A stretch of DNA of 64,000 nt from Octopus bimaculoides (taxonomy: Eukaryota): the NCBI RefSeq assembly GCF_001194135.2, contig NC_068983.1:146025285-146089284 (forward strand), read 5' to 3'. Numbering within the stretch: the stretch's first letter is position 1; each line of letters opens with the position of its first letter. Below are positions 48,527 through 61,578 of the stretch, piece after piece. The notes below the pieces were generated by a model. The model saw nothing but the letters and a program-made list of their open reading frames with translations, was not told the DNA's origin and searched no databases. The position numbers and the translations under genes were made by a program.

Positions 48527-48880
48527 CGGGGTGGGGCAGAGAGGACAGAGATATTTTAAATGGCTATTACTCAGTCCCACTTTGAGTGACATATGTCCGA
48601 TAGGTACCATTCGGTCTGTGGTGTCTTAGCATTTTTTATCTTTTTAGGTGAAGCCATGGCTCTATGGACGATAGAGTATTGCATGTTTGCCTACGACAGT
48701 TATGTGAAGAATAACGGGTCTGTCACAGCAGTTCAGCGTGAGTTTCGGCGCCACTTCAACATTCACCGTAATCAGGATGTTCCCACCCGTAACACAATCT
48801 TACGTTGGGCGAATGCGCTTCGTACACGAAGTACACTAATGAATACGTCCAGCAGTTTCGAATGTGAATATGTTAATCGC
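48527..48880 (+). mobile_element. Tc1/mariner-superfamily transposon 5' fragment (DUF4817-type HTH)
   Basis: TA|CGGGGTGGGGCAG start, then FAYDSYVKNNGSVTAVQREFRRHFNIHRNQDVPTRNTILRWANALRTRSTL. Confidence 0.75.
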
Positions 48881-49109
48881 TGTTGCATATTTTGTTATTG
48901 AAGAACAACTCCTTTCAGGTGAAAATGCGTTCACAACACATTGGGATTATTAGTGCAAGGGGAATTAATTAAGCGTGTTTATGAACATACATTCGTCTGA
49001 AAGGGGTTGTTCTCCTATGACGAAAGACAACAACGATTAGCATAGCATATTCACATTCGAATTTGCCGGAACGTATTAAGAATTCTTTCTAATGTTGACA
49101 GAAAGCCGA

Positions 49110-49290
49110 CAATTTTGGGAGAAGGAGGGGTGGTCAAATCGATCTCATCAATTCCAGCACTTGACTGATACTTTATTTCATCGAATCCGGAGGAGAATTA
49201 AAGGCAAGGTTGGTCCCGGCGGAATTTGAATTTCGGAAAAAATTCCGACAAGCATGTTTTCCCGGCTCTCTAACGGTTCTACCAAATCAC
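49110..49290 (-). mobile_element. Octopus SINE family A, degraded
   Basis: ggtcaaatcgatctc...actgatactttatttcatcgaatccggag...aaaggcaaggttggtcccggcggaatttgaa...ctaacggttctacc. Confidence 0.7.
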
Positions 49291-50334
49291 CGTTGGCAGA
49301 ACCGTTTTAAGAATGAATGCAAATGCCATCAATATTTACATGTGTTTTACCGTTAGTTTGCAGTTCTGAGTTCAGACCAAACCTCGGGAATGTATTTGAA
49401 AGAGATGTACATCACCATTCACTGGCCTTGTCTAAATATACTAATATGAAAACGAAGTCTTCGGTGGTATTCCTATGACTCAATAGATTACAGAACTCAT
49501 CATCTCATCATTCCTAATGCAGTATTTATTTCACCCAGCTGGTTGTTCGGAGCGTTGACTTTTAATCAGCGTATATCTCTTATAGTCTATTACAAACGTA
49601 CAGCCGTTTGGGTTTCCACAACAGCATAATCCATGTAACTGTGATAACCTTCACCTTTTTTAAAGTAGACATTTCTTGTAATGTTCTCAGTCACTTATTT
49701 AAAGAAATGTGAAGAAGATTCATTGAAATTATTTATCTACTGACTGATCATCAATTTTCAGTTTTCCGGAAGTCTTTTTGCTTTGTTTTATTTATTTGTT
49801 TGTTCTACTCGGAATGTGTATAACTTTTCTAGTAGAATTTATTTCTGACACTTACTATCGCTGATGGCTTTCTCTTCTTACTGCACACTGACACCTGGTC
49901 TCTATGATTTACTGAACCAGGTCTTCTAGTAACAAAATGGTAAGTGGAAAGAGTCGTTGAAAATTGTCTCAGAATACAGATGTAATTAACACTTTCCCTT
50001 AACATATATGATGATGTTAGTAAGTTGTTACATTGCTTCACACAGTGATTTATATTTATAATTTACAACCAAGCTGAATAATTCATTCTGATGATGAATG
50101 AGTCAGTCCTGTGGCAGTAATAGAATTACCTTTCATGTGTAATATTAAAACTCAGTTATCAAAATCGTTCTTCATTTGTGCTCATTTCCTATCTAATTTC
50201 TTTTAAGACTAAAAAGCAAACTAACATTATGGAAATTTGCGTTTGTAATGCACGTTTTGATTACTACATATTTAACAGTTTCGTTAACAATTTTATAGAA
50301 CATACATACATACATACATACATACATACATACA

Positions 50335-50850
<516 letters not shown>

Positions 50851-50951
50851 AAGTTCTTTTGTTTTGTTTTTTTGTATACTAGCCACTATTCCCAATCCTC
50901 CATCTCCAGAACATCGATCCACTGGAATCTCCCCTCGCTCATATCTTTCCT

Positions 50952-51099
50952 ACAAGAGTGGACCAGCTTGTAAATAGATGGAAGGAAGTCATAGATAATC
51001 AGGGAAAGTACATTGATGATTAAATTTCAATTAGATATAACATCTGTTGACTTGTTTTCTTCATTCAAAATTCGGACAGAACTTATGGGATGACCTGAT
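50952..51099 (+). mobile_element. Mariner 3' end fragment
   Basis: LVNRWKEVIDNQGKYIDD* followed by a TIR-like end (...gaacttatgggatgacctgata|ta). Confidence 0.7.
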
Positions 51100-51149
51100 A
51101 TATGTGTGTATGCGTGTGGGTACATGTTTTTGTGAGGTATAACTACGGA

Positions 51150-51275
51150 GTAAGAAGTTTCGGGTTCAGTCCCACTGCGTGGCGCCTTCAGCAAGTTTCT
51201 TCTATTACAGTCCCGGGCCTATCAAAGCTATGTAAGTGGATTTGGTAGACGGAAAATAAAGGAAGCCTGCTGTAT

Positions 51276-51306
<31 letters not shown>

Positions 51307-51490
51307 TGCATGTCTTTGTGTGTCAGTGTCTGCCCAACTCTCATTACTTAACAACCGGTGTTCATTTCTTTAAGTTCCTGTAAACTAGCGATTCGGCAAA
51401 AGAGGCCGATAGAATAAGTACCGGGATCGATTTCTTCGACTAAAACCGTACAACACGGAGCTATATGACTGAAGCGAATAAAGAATAAAA
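51150..51490 (+). mobile_element. Octopus SINE family B
   Basis: gggttcagtcccactgcgtggcgccttcagcaagt...gtggatttggtagacggaaa...acaaccggtgtt...tagcgattcggcaaaagaggccgatagaataagtacc...tgactgaagcgaataaagaataaaag. Confidence 0.85.
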
Positions 51491-51602
51491 GATATGTGTG
51501 GATGTGTACGTAGGTGTGTGTGTATATGTATGTATGTATATGTATGTATGTGTGTGTATGGAGGGTGTGTGTATGTGTGTGTTCATATATATATGCCATA
51601 TG

Positions 51603-51729
<127 letters not shown>

Positions 51730-52304
51730 AATATAGGTTCGGCATGTGATATCCTACCCATAAACTTGCTTTATTACAACTGTCTCTGAGTAAGATCTCT
51801 TTCTCCCAATTTGAAGCAAAATTTCACACAAACGTCTTCGGTTCCAAATCCTTCGCTGTACAACTAGCCTGGCATCACCAAGTGCACTAAACATACGTTC
51901 TATTAAATATGTATTGATCGGTAACGAAATAGAGTGACGTGATGTGGCTATCATAAACTTTAGATCAAGCACAGAAGTTGCCGACCTCATAAGAATTTAT
52001 AAACTTCGGGAGAACGTGAGATAATTCTTTCTTGGAACATTGGATTTCGAAGCTGAGGATAAAGCTATAAATAATAGCATATAAATATTGAATTAAAAAC
52101 CCGTTGGACAGAAAAAGTTGAAGGCTGCCCGTTGGACTCAAGCCCGCACCTCCTGCTATCATGTCAGGCATTCTGCCACTGAGCCAATGCAATCCTTCAA
52201 ATTTATCCATTTATTTTGGAAACTTTATTCTTATTGCTTCGAGATCCATTGTTCGAAGTATTATACATTCTTGTGACGTCAACAACATACGGGTCTCGTG
52301 TATA

Positions 52305-52378
<74 letters not shown>

Positions 52379-53372
52379 TAATCAATTCGAGGATGTTAGA
52401 TCCACATTAAGGATTATATAATCCCAAAAATTCCACTGGTTAATCACTATCATATAAGGAGAAAGTCTCGATGATATGTTTAGGGATTATTATGGTAATA
52501 CATATTAATACTGAAAGAAAGAAAATGGAGAAATATGGATGTATAAGTAATTTATTTCTATGATATAAAAATGTTGAAATTTTTTTATATAACAACAATA
52601 CAAATAAATTATAAGTTCTAAAGCTCTAAAAGAAATGGCAGATGCAAAAAAAACCTACACATATGTTTCGATTCATGCCCCTAAGTCATACATAATTCTC
52701 AGCATTTGGTCATATGCTAAGAATTGGCATTATTTTCAACTATATGGGGTAGAATCTCATCAAGGTTTTAAGAGCTTATGGAGCAAAGGTTAACATATTT
52801 CTTGAAAGGATGCATACAAAATACTAATAAGTTTAAAAAGTTAGATCCTATGTATAATGTTTATGTGTCTAGCTAGTGAGTTATAGACATTAGTAAAGAT
52901 ATAATAAAGTAAAATAAAAAATAACGTAAAAATAAGAGTAAAGAAAGAAGATAAGACGGATAAAAATAAAAATAAAATAAAAATAAGTAATAAATAGAAA
53001 TTAAAGAAAAATATAAATGTATGTAAAGTATACATAGCATAAAATCTAAATAAAAGTAAAGAATAATACCTAAATATGCAATGGAAGAATTATGTAATAA
53101 AATAAATGAAGGATAAGTTATTGTAAAAAAAAAATTATTCAACCGGTATAGATAAATTATTTCTATTGGTTTGGTAATGGATACAGTTCAAGAAAACTAT
53201 TGATGGTTAGCGTTTACATCATTATGTGTATTATTTAAAATCAGGTATAGATGAAAGTTTGAAAAATTGACCATTAAGATATGTTATCTTGTAAGCATTA
53301 CTTATAAACCGTTAGTCTTCAATATATAAAATATATATATTCAAATTCATGAGTTTATGCATTGGCAGATGT

Positions 53373-53403
<31 letters not shown>

Positions 53404-54165
53404 NNNNNNNNNNNNNNNNNNNNNNNNNNNNNNNNNNNNNNNNNNNNNNNNNNNNNNNNNNNNNNNNNNNNNNNNNNNNNNNNNNNNNNNNNNNNNNNNN
53501 NNNNNNNNNNNNNNNNNNNNNNNNNNNNNNNNNNNNNNNNNNNNNNNNNNNNNNNNNNNNNNNNNNNNNNNNNNNNNNNNNNNNNNNNNNNNNNNNNNNN
53601 NNNNNNNNNNNNNNNNNNNNNNNNNNNNNNNNNNNNNNNNNNNNNNNNNNNNNNNNNNNNNNNNNNNNNNNNNNNNNNNNNNNNNNNNNNNNNNNNNNNN
53701 NNNNNNNNNNNNNNNNNNNNNNNNNNNNNNNNNNNNNNNNNNNNNNNNNNNNNNNNNNNNNNNNNNNNNNNNNNNNNNNNNNNNNNNNNNNNNNNNNNNN
53801 NNNNNNNNNNNNNNNNNNNNNNNNNNNNNNNNNNNNNNNNNNNNNNNNNNNNNNNNNNNNNNNNNNNNNNNNNNNNNNNNNNNNNNNNNNNNNNNNNNNN
53901 NNNNNNNNNNNNNNNNNNNNNNNNNNNNNNNNNNNNNNNNNNNNNNNNNNNNNNNNNNNNNNNNNNNNNNNNNNNNNNNNNNNNNNNNNNNNNNNNNNNN
54001 NNNNNNNNNNNNNNNNNNNNNNNNNNNNNNNNNNNNNNNNNNNNNNNNNNNNNNNNNNNNNNNNNNNNNNNNNNNNNNNNNNNNNNNNNNNNNNNNNNNN
54101 NNNNNNNNNNNNNNNNNNNNNNNNNNNNNNNNNNNNNNNNNTATATATATATATATACATATACA

Positions 54166-54200
<35 letters not shown>

Positions 54201-54509
54201 TCGCACATAGACATAATACTAATTCTTACTATATGACCAAATGCTTAGAATTACGAATCACCTAGGGACATGAATCGAAACATACATGTAGGTTTTTCGC
54301 ATCTGCCATTTTGTTTAGAGCTTTACAACTTATAATTTATTGGTACTGTTATTATATAAAAAAAATTTCAACATCTTTATATCACGCCAAAAAATTATTC
54401 ATTCAGCATGGCTGCAGTCAATTGACTGAAACAAATAAAATAAAAGAATAATCCGTATTTCTCCATTTTCTTTATATATATATATATATCTATATATACA
54501 TATATATAT

Positions 54510-54582
54510 AATCAAAATAAGCAACAAGGATATCCAAAGTTAACTGTATTAACTTTAGATATCCTTGTTGCTTATTTTGATT
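54510..54582. repeat. Near-perfect 34-bp hairpin (5-nt loop)
   Basis: AATCAAAATAAGCAACAAGGATATCCAAAGTTAA-ctgta-TTAACTTTAGATATCCTTGTTGCTTATTTTGATT; one mismatch. Confidence 0.95.
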
Positions 54583-55137
54583 TTAATCACTTTATTTTGA
54601 AATTGTATGGATAATACCATAATTAATTCTGGTGCCTAAACTTAAGTACCATATTCACCTTGAATCTATATATATATATATGTATATATATACATATATA
54701 TATAAAACACAAAATAACACTTCTCCAGTGCTAGATAACGTAACAAAATATGAGGTCGAATTTAGGCTGTATGTCCTCTAATTTCCTTAGGAAAATTTTT
54801 AGGCATTATATATTTGTATATAATTAAATAAACCATACCACCATTACTTATGACTAATTATTTTTTTACTATTGTTATTAATACTGTAATCTGTATGCTA
54901 CCAAGAACTTTTATTCCTAAACCTGCGTGTGTGTGCGTGCGCGCGTGTGTGATATAATGTTTGTGTTCATATAAACACTGACAGCGAAAACAAAGTGGTC
55001 TGAAGATATATTCGTCTATCGCAACAAAACTGACATTACACTTTAGAATAACACCATAACAGAAGGAAAAGCTTGTTGTCTGCTTTATTTACATTATTTA
55101 CATTTGACGGGTATTCGTCCTCATCTTGTTTGTTGTT

Positions 55138-55183
55138 AACACAACGTTTCGGCTGATATACCCTCCAGCCTTCGTCAGGTGTC
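55138..55183 (-). ncRNA. Minimal type I hammerhead ribozyme in the Penelope pLTR (predicted intact)
   Basis: GACAC-CUGACGA-A-GGCUG-gaggguauau-CAGCC-GAA-ACGU-U-GUGUU: stem I GACAC/GUGUU, 5-bp stem II, palindromic ACGU stem III, one extra A after A9. Confidence 0.72.
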
Positions 55184-55269
55184 TTGGGGAAATTTCGAAC
55201 CTGGGTTCTCATTCCTATCGATGTTACTATTATTATTATTATTATTACTATTATTAATATTATTAATCA

Positions 55270-55342
55270 GGTCGCTGCCGTGAATCGAACTCGGAACCTT
55301 GGGGTTAGTAGCCCGCGCTCTTAACCACTACGCCATATGCCC
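55270..55342 (-). other. tRNA-derived block (Pol III A/B boxes) inside the Penelope 3' region; not a functional tRNA
   Basis: GGGCATATGGCGTAGTGGTTAAGAGCGCGGGCTACTAACCCCAAGGTTCCGAGTTCGATTCACGGCAGCGACC: A-box TGGCGTAGTGG and B-box GTTCGATTC; the acceptor stem does not pair. Confidence 0.75.
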
Positions 55343-56625
55343 GTGGGCAATTATGGGGTGAATTTTAAGGCTTATAAATCTATTATTTTTCTATCCTTCC
55401 TCAATACCGGTTCCCATATGCTATTCATATCTGAACTCGGTCTGCTTAGGAGGTTGTTGTGTCNNNNNNNNNNNNNNNNNNNNNNNNNNNNNNNNNNNNN
55501 NNNNNNNNNNNNNNNNNNNNNNNNNNNNNNNNNNNNNNNNNNNNNNNNNNNNNNNNNNNNNNNNNNNNNNNNNNNNNNNNNNNNNNNNNNNGATCAGCTA
55601 TACCCGATTTATCAATATCTCCTCGTGTCACAGCTTTGCGATGTTCTTCTACCCTTATTTTGAGGGGGCGACATGTTTCGCCTTTGTATAACCTACCACA
55701 GCTGCATGGGATGGAGTACACGCAGTTTTTGGTCATATTCTCTTCTGTTGGTGGTTTTACCCGAAGGAGGGTATATCAGCCGAAACGTTGTGTTAACAAC
55801 AAACAAGATGAGGACGAATATCCGTCAAATGTAAATAATGTAAATAATTCCTCATCTCTTAAATATAGAACTGTATTGTTGTCTGCTAATTAGAAGTATA
55901 TCTGCTTTAACTTACTGTGTGTATACTTGAATATATACTTGTTATTGAATGTCGAACTGAAGTTGATCGATTATAAATTTTATTGTTATCAATAATATTA
56001 ATACGCTAACTTTTTATTTGTTGTACGTACCTGATGCGTGTGTCACACTTACTTCAAAGAAGTGGCAGGGCGAGAGAGAGGAGGACAGAGAGAAAGTAAG
56101 AAAGAGAGAGAGAGAGAGAGAGTGAGAGAGAGAGAGAGTGAGAGAGAGAGTGAGAGAGATAGAGAGTGAGAGAGAGAGAGTGAGTGAGAGAGAGAGAGTG
56201 AGAGAGAGAGAGTGAGAGAGAGTGAGAGAGAGTGAGAGAGAGTGAGAGAGAGTGAGAGAGGTAGTGAGTGGTGACAGCGTTCGTTTTGTGTTTTTAAATT
56301 TTTATCACATCGCAAGAGAAATAGATAAATAGATTCACATACACATTGTTAAATCAAAAGCGGGAGAAGATAGAGACACAAAGGAAGTGAAAGAGAAAGA
56401 AAGAAAGTAAGGGAGACAGCAGATACACAAATCCAAAGAAAAGTTCATACGTAGATACATAGACACAGCAAATATTGGATGTCAATTTCACTTTTCATTA
56501 AAATTAACTCACAAATGGCTGAGTACTCCACAGACATGCATAACATTAACGTAATTCTCGGGGAGAATCAGCCTCACACAGAATATGACAAGGCTGGCCC
56601 CTTTGAATTACAGCTACAACTCGAG

Positions 56626-56663
<38 letters not shown>

Positions 56664-57227
56664 NNNNNNNNNNNNNNNNNNNNNNNNNNNNNNNNNNNNN
56701 NNNNNNNNNNNNNNNNNNNNNNNNNNNNNNNNNNNNNNNNNNNNNNNNNNNNNNNNNNNNNNNNNNNNNNNNNNNNNNNNNNNNNNNNNNNNNNNNNNNN
56801 NNNNNNNNNNNNNNNNNNNNNNNNNNNNNNNNNNNNNNNNNNNNNNNNNNNNNNNNNNNNNNNNNNNNNNNNNNNNNNNNNNNNNNNNNNNNNNNNNNNN
56901 NNNNNNNNNNNNNNNNNNNNNNNNNNNNNNNNNNNNTATATATATATATATATATATATGAATGTATGTGTATAGTTTAGATTTGCAATAATAAGTGTCG
57001 CGTGGTGGAAATAAACGCAATTACCAAACTTTCATTCATAAATCCATTTATTATTTCGTTCTTTTGCATTTCAATTTGTACATTAAGGTTCTTTGAATAT
57101 GTGCGATGTATTTTAAGGTTAGATAGTAATTCCGTTTACGTTTGTGTAACTGAGATATTTGGGTTGGATTATATAGTCATTGGTGTTACATTACTTTCTA
57201 TATTCTGTAACTATAACAATATACTTT

Positions 57228-57365
57228 TCTAGGCCTGAAATTTTTGTGGGGAGGGGACCAGTTGATTAGATTGACCTCAGTACACAACTGGTACTTAATT
57301 TATCGACCCCCGAAAGGACGAAAGGCAAAGTCTACCTCGGCAGAATTTGAACTCAGAACGTAAAG
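57228..57365 (-). mobile_element. Octopus SINE family A, 3' two-thirds
   Basis: ctaggcctgaaattttt...ccagttgattagattgacctcagtacacaactggtacttaatttatcgacccccgaaaggacgaaaggcaaagtctacctcggcagaatttgaactcagaacgtaa. Confidence 0.85.
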
Positions 57366-57413
57366 TCAGACGGTCGTAATATACAAACATTTCACATGGC
57401 AGCAATACACTGC

Positions 57414-57447
<34 letters not shown>

Positions 57448-59269
57448 ATATGCGAGAGAAAGAAGTTGGGGTGTACAAACAAAACAAAAGAATGCTCATT
57501 GTATTGTGAAGAGTTTATATTTATGTAAACAGTCGGGAATTGGTCCGTTCGTTATTCAGGGTTTCTTATGTATTTAAAATAGAAATACAATCATTCAGAT
57601 GTCTCTCGTAAACAGAGGTGTAACCACAAATCACTGGTAGAACTACTGATTATTGGTCGTTATTAACGTCCTTTTTAGTGATCAAAGTAAATCGCATGGC
57701 CGAAAATGTTGTCATAAATCGAACTACTTAATACGAAATAGAACCATATTGCGAACTTTTGAAATTTCCTCCTGTCCACGTTTTACCACCAGACATCGAG
57801 CTACGGATTGTCAAACTGAGCACTAACTAACTACAACGATCTGAACAATCTTAGAATGATTTCATAGAAACTGACCCCGTCCATTAATTAATTAATAGTT
57901 AAAAAGTATGACACGAACATCCTTTTAATTATTAATTAGTCAATGCGAACCTAATTTTATAGCTTCACAAAACCTATATTTATGTCACTCGTATTATTAT
58001 GCATTATTTATTCATAACTCACGCCGTATTGTAACTGTAGCAATTAATTTAGGAAGACGCCATGACAAAGCAACAACTATGTCAGAATGGCCATATTTTA
58101 CACTTAATAAATTACCGCTCATCCAGAGACAGTAACAGATTTGAGAGTTAAATTGAAGAAAGGAAGAAATTATGATTAAACGTAAGATGAAATCTATTTT
58201 ACCAAATCAGAGTCAAAACTATTAGAAAGGTTGCAAGACGCAACGAAAATTTTAGAAAAATAAATAATAAATAAGTGGAAATTTTAAATTATAAGGCACC
58301 AAAAGAGAATGACTCTCCCCAGACACAACAATAAACAATAAATCCTCTTAATATATATTCTCCATTGATTCCTATATCAGCAGTGTTATATTTTACTTTC
58401 CGTGAAATATGGCGGTCTATAAGTTCATTGCTCACATTCTTTGGGTCTTCTGCATAGATTTAAAAATTATCTTTTACCCTTTTCTCCTATCTCCGGCACA
58501 AAACACTTCTAAAATTATCTCGAGCTACCGAAAAAGCATCTAAGTGGTCTTCCTGGATGATAGAACAACCAGTCAAATTTCGTTCCTGTCACTCACTAAC
58601 TTCTTTAAAAAAAAGTATCTGTCTGGAAAATGAACTGATTTATTTGGTTTATTATCGATCACTATAACCTGGAAAGAGATTTGTTTTGGGATTTTTTTGT
58701 CAAAATATTTAAAGCCGAAGCCCTCGATAGTTGCTCAATGATCCATTAAAGCTTATAGACATTTTTAAACATTTATTCCGAGTAAATTTGTAATACTTTT
58801 GACTATAAGTCTGCTTGGAAAAGAGTGGCCAAGAGTTAAACAACATCCCCTAAATCCCAGAAAAATAATCCTTGGTTATTCCACTGCATGGATATTCTCC
58901 TCACCTATATACATTTTAGGAAATAAAGATTGCGTAAAAAAAAATGAGGGATGATCTGCAAAAAGGAAACAGATAATAAATTTAATAATATAAGAAAAGT
59001 TAAAAGCCTGAGTAGAGGTGAGTTCTGACGTTATGAACAAATCTTTCTTTATCCGAGCTTGAGAGGAAACTTTTACGACGTACATTCCAGAAGTTTTGAG
59101 ACTGTTTTAGAAGAGGCAGTTATATATATCTTACATAATTGTAATTTTAGTATATCATTAGTATACATCTAATAAGCTGACCTGCCAACTTTTAATATTC
59201 CAAATTGAAATAAAGGAAACGGCTGTAATACACTCTGAATACATCCTACTAAATATTGCATGTCACAAC

Positions 59270-59958
59270 CGACTGGTCTGCAGAATGCAGTCATGAAGTT
59301 TGGAAGCTTGCTATGCAATATAGTTTTGTGTTAAATTGGACAAAAACGCTACAGAAACTCATGAAATGCTTCAGACTACTTATGGATAAACTTTTTCGCT
59401 GGCACAAGAGATTCAAGGACGTTTAGAGGAGATGAGAGATGATGAGAGGTATGGAAAGAGGACGTCAGAACATTAGATTTGGTTGAGAAAAATGCAATTT
59501 TTTGGATGAAGACCGTTGTGTGTCTATAAAGATAGTAAGTATACATTTTGGAGTAGGTGTGGCAACTGTACACAGAATTATTCATGAACATCTGAACATG
59601 CGCAAAATTTGTTCGCAGGGTACTCCATGACGAACAACTTGGTAACCAAGTACTCGACAGAGATGAACATCAGAACTGTCCCTCAGCCTCCCTACAGTCC
59701 AGACCTTGTTCCCTGTGACTTTCGGTTTTTCCCTGTGACTGGAGAACCTCAATCATTTTGAAGACATTGAAAAGATGAAGGAGGTTGTGACAGGGGTCTT
59801 GAATACCTTCACTTTGGAGGACTTCCATGGGGCCTTCACGAAGTGGCTGGAGCGCTGCAACGAGTGATTTGAAGTCAGAAGATTCTACTTTGAAGGAGAT
59901 TGGAGTTTTGTACATCTTTGAAATTTTCTCTCCTGAAAAAGTTTGAAAGCTTCTGGAA
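59270..59958 (+). mobile_element. Mariner transposon relic, internally deleted
   Basis: AI*FCVKLDKNATETHEMLQTTYG, FRWHKRFKD, RDDERYG, EDRCVSIKIVSIHFGVGVATVHRIIHEHLNMRKIC, VPQPPYSPDLVPCDF; ends with the TIR-like cttctggaatgcaccttg. Confidence 0.85.
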
Positions 59959-61284
59959 TGCACCTTGAACATTATCACTCGACCTGCTAGAAATAGCAGT
60001 AATTTATTTCTGATAATATCCATCATGCTATCATTAAATGCAAAGACAGATTGAACACTGTAATCATACATGTATTCCAACCATCAAGGAATTATCACAG
60101 CTGGAAATATTCAATAAGGGTTGACTCGAGTCTGGATAAGAACAAACTACATTTTACCTACACTTTATTTATTTATTTATTTATTCATTTATTGGCTAAA
60201 CCCCACACCATTATATCCCCATATACAATGGATGGCGTTTGAGCCAAAATTAAAATAGCTCTATAAAAATGTCGCAATTATACGCACGGTAATACTAACC
60301 AAAATAAACAATTGTCTTATCTTACTTTATCTCTATTATATCTTGTAATGAGAAACGAGTCAAGAAGGAGAATGCAAAACTTTATAAAGCAATACAATTT
60401 ACAAAAGTGAATGAAAGTTCTCCCTCGGCAAGAACATATTCGTACTTTTTATAAAAGCATATGCTTTGAATAGTCTATTGTTTACTTATAATTGTTTGAC
60501 TTCAAGTGCAGTAGTTGTAAGGAACGCTCAATGCAAAACATTGATGGTTCAAATTCATACAAGACCACTCACTATCTGTGAATTAGTTTCATTCCAAAAC
60601 AGATAGCAGTTTTAGCGGCACATTTTTTCTGTTATACCCAGGCCTCTGACTTTCCTGACATTCTTAAATCATATTTAAAAATACTTTACCAAGATCGACA
60701 TCAGCCTGGTTTTATTACATCGTAGACGATAGGGACAAATGGCAACGCCAAAAAAGTTTAAATCTAATGTTAATGATTTACTTCATTATCATTCTATTAG
60801 CGATAATCGAACTATTGATATTATCTTAATATAATCAGACTACATAGTTTTGAATTGAGAATGGATCGTATCTCATTCTCGACCCAAAACTATCAGTCGG
60901 TTAAATGCTGATATTAATTAATCGTGTGGTTACTAGACTTGTAACAGGTCCAGTCTTTAGTATATCTCTAAAGACTGTGACAGGTCAGATTAGCAGAATC
61001 TATTTTTCACAAGCTATATCAATAATAACATAACACAACAAACTAATGCAATGCTCCATAATTATACAGTTCTCGTGCTACAAATATAAATGAATTTTCC
61101 TGTACACGTGCTAACAACTCGATACGAACCACTAAAAGAAGCTCAACGTGCTCACTTGGCCTTCTAGAAAAAAAAAACATCCAAATCTTTTAAAATTACA
61201 CCCAACAATTTTGAAAAGAAAAGGGAACATTGAATAATGTAGTCCTGAGATGGCAGCATAGAGGGGATAAACAAGGACCGACAA

Positions 61285-61578
61285 AGGAATTCGGTCGATT
61301 ACAACGACCCCAATGCGTAACTGGTACTTAATCTATCGACCCCGAGAGGATGAAAGGTAAAGTCGACCTCGGCGGAATTTGAACTCAGAACGCAACGGCA
61401 GACGAAATACCGTTAAACATTTCGCCCGGCGTGCTAACGTTTCTGCCAGCTCGCTGCCTTTCAGTTTCTGGCTACCAAATCCACTCACAAGGCTTTGGTC
61501 GGCCTTAGTAGAAGACACTTGCCTAAGGTTCCACACAGTGGGACTGAACCTGGAACCATGTGGTTTGGAAGCAAGCTA
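61285..61578 (-). mobile_element. Family A SINE (61285-61462) joined to a family B SINE head (61470-61578)
   Basis: gtcgattacaacgaccccaatgcgtaactggtacttaatctatcgaccccgagaggatgaaaggtaaagtcgacctcggcggaatttgaactcagaacg...gccagctcgctgcc, then ctaccaaatccactcacaaggctttggtcggcc...gaagacacttgcctaaggttccacacagtgggactgaacc. Confidence 0.88.

Larger units (their letters stand above)
55085..55872 (-). mobile_element. Penelope-like element: GIY-YIG endonuclease end, tRNA-like block, (AAT)n, hammerhead pLTR and an inverted partial pLTR
   Basis: Minus-strand KNCVYSIPCSCGRLYKGETCRPLKIRVEEHRKAV (GIY-YIG) continues past the gap to ...WEPVLRKDRKIIDL*. 55763-55872 (+) is an inverted copy of 55085-55165. Confidence 0.9.

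Noticed and set aside
52120-52200. tRNA-like sequences (minus strand here; also 382-450 and 55270-55342) as tRNA genes
   Set aside because: A and B boxes are present but acceptor stems do not pair and they sit inside repeats. They are SINE/PLE-derived heads.
52400-53300. Very AT-rich stretch with a faint resemblance to Polinton pPolB (RFMPLSHT*FSAFG...IIFN)
   Set aside because: Only one short ambiguous motif, with stops in all frames. It cannot be supported without a tBLASTn search.
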